A DNA stretch of 56,324 nt, the filler included, from Platydemus manokwari (taxonomy: Eukaryota), in assembly GCA_037951405.1 (NCBI GenBank). It is 5 parts of 5 records of this genome, joined end to end, with 100 filler letters (N's around TTAATTAATTAA, not from the genome) between each part and the next. Parts side by side here need not be neighbours in the genome. Positions count along the whole stretch, not along the records: positions 19,011 to 31,600 come from JBBMOY010067790.1; positions 31,701 to 42,339 come from JBBMOY011117552.1; 3 more parts are not named here. One strand, 5' to 3'. How positions within the stretch are numbered: the first letter of the stretch is position 1; every line of letters begins with the position of its first letter. The notes under the pieces were generated by a model, which ran no database searches, was not told the origin of the DNA, and saw only the letters and a program-made list of their open reading frames with translations. The position numbers were made by a program, and so were the translations under genes. This document shows positions 26,536-39,265 of the stretch, in pieces.

Positions 26536-29500
26536 GATTACGCCATACAGATTAATGCAATTACAAGGAATCAGCTACTAAAGAGCTTGTCGAAATAATC
26601 CAAGGAAGCTCTAAATTTCAATATTCGAAAATTCAATGGAAGAAACCCATATAAGGCTGCAAAGTGGATATGTGATACTGAGGAGTGTCTATTAATTAAA
26701 ATTTCAGCCTGATTAGCGCATTCAATATATTGCTTTCAGACAAAGCAGGTATTCTTTGGAAAAATTTCATATCGGAAGATATCACGTAAGAGTCAGCTAA
26801 ATCGTGGTTTGAAGATACTTTCACAATCAAAAAATCTTTAATGTATATGATTATCGAACTTTTAAACGTTCAACAATCAGAGAGAGAACAGTTTTCCACC
26901 TTCGAGATATGGGTTCAGGAGTTGATGAATTCAGGATTGAAACAAGATTTCATTGTGAAAAATATCACTAGCAAGATAACACGATCAAATGGGTTAAAAG
27001 ACGTTCTTGCCCTAAACCAGACATGGATATCATAGAAATTAGGAGTGCTGCAAAAGTCTTCCAGAATCAAGAACAAAATTTACGAAATTTCCAGGCACTC
27101 AATACAATCCGTAGAGACAGCTACGCTCATGCACTAAAAAGCTGTTGGAATAACCAGTTCAAAAAAGAAAACAACGAATCAAGTAATTATAAACTATCAC
27201 ATACTATCAGAACACAAAACCCCAAGACAATCGATTTAGAACAGAAATTTGCTTCAGGTAGAGAGATATCAATGTATTCAATAAAATACATGGCCAAGTA
27301 ACTGTACAGTCGATTCATCACAATTTAACGTAAAATATACAGAGGAGGAAAGATCGAAACAAGCATTAAAAACTATAAAAACTGGGAACACGGGTATGAT
27401 TGAAAGATTCATCAAGGAATACGGAAAAATATTCATGGCTTCGAAATTGAATTAAGGCAGGACCAACTTAGTTATTTACGGTATTATAATAACCGAAAAT
27501 CCTATTTCGCAGAATCCCAGAAGACAGCTTGAGATTAGAAGTAAAAATTGAAGATATGATAAAAGTTTTTATCGAAATAAGAGTAATAATACCATGCAAG
27601 AGTGCTTGAAATTCACCACTAGTAATCGTAGGAAAAAAGGACGGATCTATCCGATGTACAAGGATTATCAAAGACTCAACGGAGTGACAAAAAAATTTTG
27701 ATGTTTGACAGACTGTTTGGCGGATGCTAAATTTTTCTTCACTATAGATTTCGGGCAAGCTTATTACCAAGTCGAACTACGTTTAAGATACCAAAATTGC
27801 ACAGCTTTTAGCACGAGAACCGGCCAACACTGTTTCAACAGGTTCTCATTTGGACTATATGCAGCGCAGTAACTTTTCTAAAACTAATGCGTAAGCTGTT
27901 AGATGGATTGATCTTTAAAGGTGTTGTGGTATATTTGGATGATGTGCTAATATACCATAAAACTCATGCAAAAGCATAACGACCTGCTAAAAGCCGTGTT
28001 CGACGAATTCAAAAGTTGGGTCTGAAAGTGAATAGGGGGACATGTACGATAATCAAAGATAAAGTGAGGTTTTTAGGCCACAAGGTCAGTACCAAGGGCA
28101 TACAGTCTAATTTCGGCAAAATCAAACAAAGAATAGATGTCCCAGTACCACAAGGTACTAGCAAACTGCAATCATTTTTAGGACTGACAAACTACTACAG
28201 GTGATTCATTAAGGATTATGCTTTAGTAGCGATGCCGCTATACTCGGCAACCACGGGTGGAGACAAGGAATTACAAGTTTTATGAAGCTAAAATCGGCAC
28301 TCTGTGGAGTACTAATTTTGGATTATCCGAGAGAAAATAGGATATTTGTACTCGATACTGACGCGAGTTTGATGTTATCTGTGCTGTTCTAAGTCAAGTT
28401 ACTGAAGAAGGAACAGAAGTAGTAGATTGCTGACTAGTCTCGAGAAAGGATATTGTGTTACCAGAAAGGAGCTTCTGGTTATTCATGAGTATGTTGTTTA
28501 CTTTGGACAATACTTTTACGCGAAGAAATTCATAGTGAGGACCGATAACAAAGCCCTTGTATTCTTGATTTCTCAATTTCAAACATGGATGGCGACGCTG
28601 TCAAAATATTATTTTGATTTAAGATATAGAAAAGGAGAGAATTGCATAGAATCTACGAGACATTATGTTCCCGAAAATCCAAGAAGTACAGCATAAAGAT
28701 GCAGAAATAGTGGAGACATTCAGATTTCTAAATGGTGAAACAACTCTAATTAGCGTGGAATTCTGGAATAAACCTTAACTTTCAAGAATTAAAGATAATC
28801 TGAAGGTGATCGACAATACCCTGATGCTGGAGAAAGAGGAGGGTTTGGCTATTATAATATCAAAAAAATTTTTTTATTTGCCCGACAAGTTAAACACAAT
28901 GAAGGAAATAGTCAAATAATGTATTATCTGTGAAAAGATAAAGGTTGATCAATTCAGAACTAAGGAGTTTCTGCTCTCTCGGTTAGGCTTTGGGTTTCAA
29001 GAGCAAATCTTGGTGGACATTGCCTAAATGGACACGATCTATGGTGACAAGAACTATCTATTAGTCATTATCGACAGATTTAGCAAGCTGAGGAGCCTCA
29101 CTGCTACATTTAACCAAGACGTAGAGAAAATTTTCCAGGTTATCTTGAAGTAATGGATTTGTCGTTTTGGAAAGCCAAAGAGCATTCTATCTGATAACGG
29201 GAAACAATTTGGAGGCAAATTTGGAGAGAGACGTGTTTAAAATCGTGAATCAAACAAGAATTCAGTTCACCATACCAGCATCAATCAAAAGGGCTAGCAG
29301 AAAGAGTCATCAGGACTATACGAGATATGATAACAGCTACCTTAAAGGGTGAGAGCCCAGACAATAGTTGGGCTGAATTGTTGCCAAGGATATAGTTCTA
29401 CATCAACGCAACGCATCAATCAACAACGAAGTTCTCGCCTTTCGAGATAATCTACTGGCGGAAGATCAATGTCTATACGCATGTGAGGCACAAGAACCAA

Positions 29501-29790
29501 ACTCGAAATGATATTGCAGCAGGCGCTAGAGAAAATTCTAAAGTGGTTGCTAACATAATGTTTAACCAAGGCAGTTGGAGAAGAACGCATCGAATTTTTT
29601 AGATAAGAGAGAACTTGCTAGTTCAGATAGATCCTCATAAGATGAAGAAGAATGGATACCAGTACGAAGGCCACTACCGAATTACTGGATTCAAGTCAGA
29701 CATGCAAGTGGAGATTTATTACCCTCATCCGATAAAATCCAGACGATTAGAGTGGCTGAAACTATGGAGGACTTAAGAAGAGGCGAATAA

Positions 29791-29898
29791 CGTGGTTAAA
29801 TAAATAAACACGTTGTACTTGTTTAAATAATTGATTGGCATATTAGATTAGCTTTTTAAATGAATATCATTTCTGCAAGTGTCATTGAAGTAACTATC
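29791..29898 (+). repeat. 3' LTR (about 108 bp)
   Basis: Diverged direct repeat of 26433-26535, preceded by a polypurine tract. Confidence 0.85.
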
Positions 29899-31600
29899 TG
29901 TAATTAAGAAATTATAAATTTAATAAAGATTGTAAAACTTAACTCAATTTGTTACAATGTTGAGTTTAAATGGCAGATAATATTTTGAATTATAAATATA
30001 AAAACTAAAACAAACAATGACAACTAATTTCAATTTCGGAAATACAAATAATAAATAATTTAAAAGATTGGCATGGATTTACTGTAAAAGTAAAACAAAT
30101 AGCGAACCCCTTCTTTCAAATACAAAGGACAAATTATCCTCAAGAAGCTCTGGGTTTTGCAGCAAAGTTCCACGTAAATTGTGAGATCATATTTAGTAGC
30201 AAGCGCTTGATCTAAAACTGTGACGAATTAGCATAATTTGAATGATAATGATGTTATAATTAATGGTGCAAGAAAACAAAGGGTTAAATTATTGAAGATT
30301 ATTTCATTTTATTATAAATAATTTAGTTTTTAGGAGATTATTGTTCTCTAATTGCTTCTCGTTTTATTTTTTAAGTTAGTAAATGAATAAATTACTTGTT
30401 GAGAAGTTCTGTAGTGTTTTTAATGGAGATTTGATCGCTATTTATGCAGAATTATTCATTTTTAAATAAAAAAAACTATGGGCTTCGATATCATCTTTTG
30501 AATTAAACGTTATCTAGATAAAATCCCTACAAGTCGTATGTTTAAAATAACTGATTATTCGTAAAGTTTTTAAAAGAATTACATCGATATCGACCTGTGG
30601 ATTAAATGATCTAAATAATAATTTGAATGCAAACCATTTGATAATATTCTCAGCAGAAATTACGGAAGTATTCGTGAAACATTTTTATTTATCCATTAAC
30701 AATATCAGGATCCTACAATAAAATTTGCAAATACAACACGCAAGAAACACAATGATTGAAATTTATAGTTAAAATAATTAAAAACGTGAAATTGATGCAC
30801 ATGAATGAAAACTTTAAAACGCTACAAGATAGAAGCCAAATGGATTTCAATAGATAAACGCAATCACATTTTGCTTTCATTTCAGATTCTATTGAATTTT
30901 TCTATCTCATTCATTGCCAATAAACTATTGAAATTCAAACCTTTATTTTAAACAATATGTTAATTTTATGGTTGCTAAGAATAGTTTGTTAAGAACAAGC
31001 CCGTTTAGAATTCCAGAACACCATTCAAATGATACTCCAATTTACTATTTACTGAATGTTTTATTGAAGTACAGTTTGCATTTTAATTGTTCCCACTTTT
31101 AATAAATGCAATTCTTAATTTTTAAACTTAGTAATAAAACATGAACAAATATTTTATAATTTTCAAACTTATAAATTTTGGTTAACAATATCACATCATT
31201 TAAATAGATAATAATATTATTAAAATTTTAATAATTATTATAAAATGTTAAATTATTTAAAAATATAATTTGTGAATAACATAACATAATATTTTAACAT
31301 CAACCGAAGTTATTTTTTTCGGAACTCAGTTAAATATATATCATAGTCATGTTTCGGTTTCTCTTATTTCTTGATGCGTCATCATATTTGGAATCTTCCT
31401 GCTTTTGCTGACTGATTTTCATTTGGGATCTTCTCCCTCTATTACAACTGAATCTGTTATGTATTGGGTGTATAACCTTAAAATTTCGATTTGATAAAAG
31501 ATGTCGCTGAGAGTATTGCTTGTATATAATGTCGTATGGTAATACTTTTTTAGAAAGGTGTTTATATAAGCTATCAAACGCAGTATATATCATTTTTCAA

Positions 31601-31700
31601 NNNNNNNNNNNNNNNNNNNNNNNNNNNNNNNNNNNNNNNNNNNNTTAATTAATTAANNNNNNNNNNNNNNNNNNNNNNNNNNNNNNNNNNNNNNNNNNNN
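31601..31700. other. Artificial contig-joining spacer
   Basis: 44 N + TTAATTAATTAA + 44 N. Confidence 0.97.
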
Positions 31701-32319
31701 TAAATAATAAAGCGTTTAATTGTTTTGATGCCATATTATGAGTTTAAATATTAATTTTATATATGCTATTCTTTTGTTTAAATAAATGAGATTCATGCAT
31801 ATCATCCTCCATAAAATTACTTTTTAACTATGCTTTTTAACTAGAAAATTGATTCTTCTAAATTCACCAACAGATTTTAATCCTCACAAATGTTAGATAT
31901 TTTCAAAACAATTTTATAATCACTCAGGTCACCAATTATTGATTTTTTGAACAATTTATTCCTCACAAATTTTCATTTGTCAAAATATTTTTAAAGTAAA
32001 TTAATCTACACTCCTGGCACCCATTGATGTTTTTGGGGCTTGTTTTGTTTATTTATTCTTTTATTCTATCAGTCTCTTTAATTCATATAAGATCATTGTT
32101 GTCTTGATCAGTCTCTATGAGTCATAATAAACCCCAAAGTACAATCTATTAAAACCTTATATTGGTTCTTTTTTCACCTCGCACAAAATATTAAATGGAG
32201 ATAATATGTGTGGCAACAATTATCTTGATGATTTTAAAACTAGTATGCTCAATATTGATTTATAACTATTAACCTCAATCAATGACGATCTCGTTTTACA
32301 ATATGTTTATTAATATAAC

Positions 32320-32700
32320 AACTATTACAACTAAAAACCGAATATATGAAAATGTTACCAGTAAACACGGATTATAAAAATGACAATGATTTTACAATTA
32401 GCTATTATACTAAGCGACCTTATCAAAATTCTGGACAAGAACACGGTTAATAAACTCTTTCTCTTGAAACAAAACCTTCACCTATCAAGGACATTGAAAT
32501 AAACTCGATATTAAGAAATATTCGATGACTATAATGCGAATCAATGGTTTAAATAAAAATCGGACTTACGTTACAAGATCAATGGCATATACAAATGGCA
32601 ATATGTCTGTCGAAATAGGTAGTGATTAACATATCTCTGAAAAGGGGCAAGATTGTGATTTTTGAACCTCTATTTATACGTTTTCACAACTGGATTTTAA
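32320..32700 (-). repeat. Dispersed ~400-bp repeat, copy B (LTR-like, antisense)
   Basis: Colinear similarity to 19850-20240. Confidence 0.45.
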
Positions 32701-34689
32701 TTGTTCCTAATTCTGGTTTATTTTGATAAATTTTATTTTATTCAATAGGAATTTCATGTTTGATAAAATTCTTACCCACGAATACATTTTATATTATTAA
32801 GCCCTTAGGTAAATATAAACATTATAAATAATTTTCCTATACCTTAAACCGTGTACTTAAATATTAATATTACTATTTTATTATATTAATTACATTGTCT
32901 AGAAGTTCTTTTTGGAAACTAAAAACATAAATTAATATGCATGTTCATTCAGAGAGATAAAAATTGTTACATTGAGTTAATACATATTAGCCAAATATAT
33001 AAAATCAATACATAATCGCTACATATATCAAAATAGTAACAATAAATGTTTAAAAATTGTCAATTCAGATGGAACTGTTGTACATAAAATATTGTTACAC
33101 AAGAATTATTGACGAATTGTTGATTCCGTAACAATAAAGTTGTAAGATATTGAAGTGCAAAGTGAAAAATTAACAGTTACGAGATAAAATTGTAGTTGAG
33201 GATTCAACCAGAAACTAATCGAGACTGATTACGGCAGCTGTGATCCTAGATGTGAATTCATTCAACAATATATCAATTAGGATAACCAAAAAACCTGACC
33301 GTAATAAATGGATATAAGATAAATAATAAAATCAATAAACAATTATTAAATAAATAAGTAGAATATTAAATAAAAAGTTAAAATAGAAACAATAATAATA
33401 AAATAGCAAAACGAAAAATGCTATACAGTTTATGAACAAACAAAAGCAGGTAGTAAATTAACAAAGCGAGAAAATTGCAATGTATTCTATGAAACAAACA
33501 TTTAAAATAGAGACATAACAATGGATAACATTGATAAAAATGGTATATGATGATTGTACAATTCTTAGCATTCATCCACAGAAATTTTATATCTATTTGG
33601 AAGCAGTGACCTTAAGAAGAAAAAATTTTCTTTACACTGGAAGAAAATTTGAAGTTTCTCAACTATGAAGATTTACGGGATTTTGAGTGAATGAAAAACC
33701 AACTTTTAATACCAGCTATATATAGAACTTTATTAATAATTCGTAACATTAAAGGCTTCATGTTGTTCCTCTACATCTCATTAAATTATCCGGTTTCTTA
33801 AATAAGTCTCACGAATATAAATTGTGGTTATTATTAATCTCTATTCAAAGCAAATAATATTAAAATTTATTGACTGTTGTGTACATACAGTAGCAAAACA
33901 ATTTGTTGAAGCTGGACAAACAATTATTGTGTCAACAGTTAACCCATATAAATCCTTTAGTAAATATTCACTTAAACCTTTGTTGGAGTTTCGACGACAT
34001 GATTTATTCAAATATGCAAAGAACCATCTATAAATGTTGATGAAAATTTATCTTTGTTTGATTCTATAATTAAGCCCAATTTTCATGTTTTGTACCAACG
34101 TATCATCATAATATTTTAATTATCTTTCATATTTATTAATACACGTCTTTCTGGAAGATCTAATCTAGTTGTGTTAATAAAGGATAAAATGTTTAATAAT
34201 TATTATAATAATACCAATAATAATAATAATAATGATAATAATATCAATAATAATATAATAATTATTATAAAAATTGATAGCCTATATTTTTACTTGGCTT
34301 GGCAACAAAATAACCCTTCAATAAAATATTCCAATGAAATAGCATTAGATAAAATCCTTTGGTTAATAATAACGATGTTGAATTTAATTCTATAGATGTC
34401 CATATTATGAGAATATTTGCCCATAATAATAAATTAAATAATTCAATTGAATTGAAAGAATATTGCTGCATTAATATGGAAATTAGAATCAAATAAACAA
34501 CAGCATAAATAAGCTAACAACATTTAGTTTACAGAACTATCTGTTACAATAAACTGATCTTAATTTGGAAACCACTACTGCAGTAGTTATCCAAAGTCCG
34601 TGAATCGAATAGTGTAAGTCATCAAATCAGCCAAACTCCTCAAACATCTTCGACAATAAAATACCCAGCAAATAACTTCGAGATAAATT

Positions 34690-35078
34690 TAATATTGCTA
34701 TATTTCTTGAAATTTCTGAAAGATCATCCTATATATCTCTGTACCGGGATACTGATGAGGCCTATGGAAGGCCGAAATAGGACTAATTTTTAAACAAAAG
34801 GTAATTTATTTATTTATTTATTGTATCTTGATCACTTAACAATTTTATTAATCATTTGCTTTTCCAGACGTTATAGTCAATCTCTTGTTGTTCAAGTGTA
34901 TAAAAGCATTCGTAAATTTCGTATTAAGTGTTTAACTGTATTTTAATATCAATAAAACAATATTTAAAACAAAAAGCGCTTCATTAATGAAGTTGGTAAG
35001 TGCCATAAGGTAACATCTCATTTACAATAAATTCATAACCTTCAGTATCAAATTATTACCTTTTGGTAAGGCTCGATC
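34690..35078 (+). repeat. Ribozyme-bearing dispersed repeat, copy 1
   Basis: Aligns by eye along its length with 41582-41931 (GCCGAAATAG.ACTAATTTTTAAACAAAA, TTGTATCTTGATCACT, CAGTATCAAATTATTAC.TTTTGGTAAGGCT.GATC). Confidence 0.9.
34727..34782 (+). ncRNA. Type III hammerhead ribozyme
   Basis: Stem III TCCTAT (34727-32) / ATAGGA (34777-82); AUA cleavage triplet with predicted cut after 34733; stem I TATCTC/GGGATA with loop TGTACC; core CTGATGA (34752-58); stem II GGCCT/AGGCC with loop ATGGA; GAAA (34774-77). Confidence 0.88.
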
Positions 35079-35269
35079 GAGGCTATTAGGAATAAAAGTC
35101 TTCGGACATGTAAAAGAGTTTATCGAGGTTAAGAAACATCCTATTATGATGTTCGTGATTACCTGTGGATCAAAAACAAAGACCCAAAATAAGCAACAAA
35201 TTTATCATTAAAGCAGATTTGGTATGTGTAACTATAGCGCTTTATAGTTAGTGCAATATTTTCAACTTA

Positions 35270-36943
35270 TGTTAATAGTATAAAATAATTCTTCGATACC
35301 TTCCAAATGTCAGAATAGTTACCAGCAGAATATCGGAACCATAAATATTTTATACAAGTGTTTTTCTGGAAATGAAAAATTAAATATAAGAATAATATCC
35401 GGTTAGCCATATAAAATGTGAATGTTTTCTTAAAATATTGTTTAGTTATCACTCAAAATTTTGTAAAAATTTGTGGTTAAGCAAATCATCTACAGGTGTT
35501 CTCAATATCGAAATAGGAATCTTCCAAACCTCTTTCAGACAGAAAATGTCCTTCAGGTAATTTTTATAATCTATTATTCGAAAAAGTTTGATTTTGTTCA
35601 AAATATAAATAAAATATATTTTTTTAGTATTTAATCCCATTTGAGTGTCGCAAAGAGTTGTTTGATTATTTCTTTGATAAGTTTGAGCGCATTGTGACAG
35701 CTCATGGATGGAATAATAATTTAAAAAATGCGGTTGCCGCTATATTTAAGGATTTAGTTAAGGCGCTAAGAAAACGAATAGTATTGGATTTGGATCTGCA
35801 TATATATTATGTCAGGCAATTTGTGGACAGATATGTCAGTGTTCAGGTGAAGGGGCGCAAGAATATGCAATGCAATTAACCAAGTTAGCAGAAAAGGCAT
35901 ATTATGACACATTGATTACAAAGGATGGAAGAAACAGAATAATAATGGATCAAATCAAAAGGGGAATTAATAGTGCATTCAAGACTACGCCGGCAAAAGC
36001 GGGATGTTCAACGTTGGAAAATTTAATATTAAAGGCGCGTTGACTGAAATTAACTTGTGGGATGGGTTTCCCGCAGAGAATGTTGGTGCATTTGCGGAAC
36101 CAGAGCGATTAAGTGCGCCGCCCAAGTCAAATCTTCCAAATCTCTTTCACACGGTAAATGTCCTTCGGGTAATTTATATTCTTCGAAAATGTTTGATTAT
36201 GTTCAAGATATCGATTTCTTCTTTACCATTAAATGGAGGAATTCCTTTTTAATTCAATATAGAAATATCGATTATATTAAATAATTTTATACCTATTGCT
36301 ATGGCAATCATTGTTGCTCCAAACGACCAAATGTCTGATTGAATCACATATGGTTGCTTATTACATACCTCTGGAGCCATATATCGGCATGACAACTCAT
36401 TCGATTCTTCCGATCTTTTTAATTGGAATGATTTATCTGAATCATGTTCGTATTTTGTTACACCAAAGTTTGTTTCGCCCATTTAGCAACTTGATGTTCC
36501 GATAATAGATTATCTCGATCAATATATTTCTTGATGAATCCCTAAATATAAGTACTTTATTTATATAAATGATTCTGGAATTTTCCCTTTAACTCCATCA
36601 TTTCCATCTCAATATAAAAGTGTTGATCTCTTTTATAAGCACCCTTCATTTGAACAAATCTCGGATGTGATTTCGTTGTCTGAAAGGTGGCCAATTCATT
36701 TAAAAAAGCCTCATTTTTCATCAGATCAGGAATCAGTTGATATCTTTTCAAAATTATATCTTCTTTTGTATATGAATTTTGACCTGTGAATATTTCGGAG
36801 AAATCACCTTTATTAATGGGTTCATTACTTGTGATATCGATTTTGCTAATACTAGACCAATTTATTATCCATACATATATGTTAACAATGAACTACTTCA
36901 TCAAATGACAAAATTGTATCTCTAAGCCATGTTCAAAATCCAT
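35270..36943 (-). pseudogene. Decayed Ser/Thr kinase (STE-like) pseudogene with tandem paralog fragments
   Basis: INKGDFSEIF, IILKR, FLNEL, HPRFVQMKGAY, IEMEMM, NFGVTK, CRYMAPEV, SDIWSFGAT, GIPPF, LLNHKFL. Stops and frameshifts; no HRD loop. Segment about 36130-36250 is duplicated at about 35520-35640. Confidence 0.75.
35640..36125 (+). mobile_element. gag-like LTR retrotransposon fragment lying between the kinase copies
   Basis: FDYFFDKFERIVTAHGW (capsid-like), IMDQIKRGI and degenerate zinc-knuckle-like stretches; higher GC than the flanks. Confidence 0.45.
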
Positions 36944-37095
36944 TTGAAAAATGAAATGAGAGTCTCATATATTTTTTATTGCAAAATAAGTCATTCTCAT
37001 CTGAAAGAAGTTTTATACATATTTTTCCATAATTACTAAAATCGTATCAATATTGCTGTATTCGATCTTCAGAGGACCTACATAATCGAAAATCG

Positions 37096-37905
37096 ATGGT
37101 ATCAGGAGAGATCCGGTTTTTCTGTAATAACTATGATAATTGTAAATCAATTAATAATATCCATACACATCAATCACTTGTATCCAATCATAATCTTTCA
37201 AATCTTTTAGTTCTCTCAAATCATTTAACGAATCTCCACAATCATGAAAAATCTTGTAAATCACTGAGATCGAATAATTTTGCAAACATTGTTACTAAAT
37301 CTGCAGCTTTTTTATTTTTGGTAATCAACACTGCCGAAGATGTCAAACGGAGCAGGAAACTGACGCTCATATCTTCATTCATTGTTCAGCAGTTCCTGGT
37401 CTGTCATCAAAAAGAAACTCAGTTATTCTAGATCATCTCGGCAAGTATCTTCAATCACTCGGACTGGACACGGACATCGACACAAACCCACCGGAAAGTA
37501 TTACTAAACTACGTTCGGATCTGATTATCAGAAACATAGAAAAAAGGCACGTGTACATCATCGACCTTAAGATCCCCTTCGATATTATTGAAAACTTCGA
37601 AATCCATCGAATTTTGAATTACGAAAAGTACCGATCAATTGCTTCAGAAACGAAAAGCAGATACGAAACCTCACTAGATGTACTATGCATAGGAGTACTT
37701 GGCTCATGGGACCCCAAAAACAACAAGGTTCTCAACAACATTGGTCTCGATAAACCCTAGATCACATACATCTCAGGATGTTAATTTTAGACAAACCTTT
37801 CTTGATGCAAACATCATTGAAACTGGCACATTCTTTATCATTCATGTAAAATGGACTCAATTTCGGACATTGACAAAGACAATATGGTATATAAGAAATT
37901 AAAAT
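37096..37905 (+). mobile_element. Internally deleted RLE-type non-LTR retrotransposon (NeSL/R5-like)
   Basis: Open frame 37320-37760: CRRCQTEQETDAHIFIHC (CCHC knuckle), LRSDLII...IIDLKIPFD...EKY (PD..D/K endonuclease with PD changed to SD) and IGVLGSWDPKN. Upstream Cys/His-rich segment; no RT. Confidence 0.85.
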
Positions 37906-39265
37906 ACAAATTAAGATTCTAGTCATGATGTTGCACTTAAAGATTTTGATTCAAATCCCAAAATGTAAGGTCAATGTTGATTCATTCAAACTTTTCAAAT
38001 TAATATAAACAATATTTTCGGTCGTATATTTAGTAGGAATATGTTTAAGAAAAATTACTCAATTTAAATAAAAAATATAATTTAATTTAATAAATGATTT
38101 AATTTTGATTCTAGTTTGATTTTAAACTTATCTTTAAAGTATATTGTTTCGGAATAATCAATTTATACATTGTATTTAGCAATCACCATTAAGAAATTTT
38201 GATTTGATTCTGATCATGCTTTTTCTATAATTTTTACATAAAGCATATCAAGATATTTGTTTCGCTAAATCTATTATTTGAATTTTAAAATAATATTTTC
38301 AAAAATAATATTTTAATAAGTTTGTCTATTATGAGTTTCTATTTAGTTTAATTTATTTTAAAGTATCATTTTAATAATAATTAATAGAAAATTTATTATT
38401 ATTATTATCTCTTAATTATAAATTCCAATTTTTTAGTGGTCATATTTACATTCATTTTTTATTTGTTCACTTAATTTATGCAATTCCACTTATCCGAAAA
38501 TTTTCTATTTCTTTCTTGCCTCTTATATTTACTTTTAATTGATATACAAGTGCTGGTAATAACCGGATGGTTAATTTGGTGCTATATTAATCACTAATGA
38601 TTCTTTCATCCTAGGTTATCATGATTGCTATTATCCTATTTTCCATGTTTGCACCTTTTCGATATTATCCCGCTTGTTGTTCATTATTTATGAATGAGTA
38701 TTTATGAATAATAAACATTAATCGGGATATTGTTTTGTTTGTCGGATTGATTGTGACCTGCTTAATTCTGAAAGTTTTGATTAACGTTGTAAATTTTGCT
38801 TTTTCGTTCATTCATCTCGGTTTTTCATTGAATAGGTATTGTTAGATTGTTTTTTGTGTTAGATAAAATCAATCAAAACACCAGTCAAGTGAAAATGCCA
38901 GATTTTTGCCGAATATTCAATATTTGAAATTGCACATTCTATGACCAGGTTTCAGATTTTATTCTTCAGTACTCCAATTTTCGCCAAAATTGTTTCTGAT
39001 GAGGCTGGAACTGTACCAAGCCTGTAATGCACGTGAGAAGCTCAAAATTTAAATATGGTTTCTATTAGGCTGTCTCATTCCTAAAATCGGTGTAATGGAT
39101 TATTTTATTTTTGTTTAACTCCTTGAAGTGTTGTAGCGTATCAATCGAACATTTCTACATCAGTGACCAATAAATCGGTGCACCTTATTCTATCCGGTAA
39201 CAATGAGCATATTTTATTTACTACTACAATAATATTTTTTAATCAATGACAATTAACAATTTTGT

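Larger units (their letters stand above)
26433..29898 (+). mobile_element. Compact decayed Ty3/Gypsy element with both LTRs (about 3.47 kb)
   Basis: gag-like region about 26560-27310, RT (NSPLVIVGKKDGSIR, YLDD near 27932), FLGLTNYYR, RNase H (LDTDAS, VRTDNKAL), integrase (LVIIDRFSK, LSDNGKQF, PYQHQSKGLAER, YEGHY), purine tract AAGAAGAGGCGAA before the 3' LTR. Confidence 0.92.

Noticed and set aside
31330-31593. 87-aa minus-strand ORF at a contig edge
   Set aside because: Perhaps a LINE C-terminal remnant, but no diagnostic motif.
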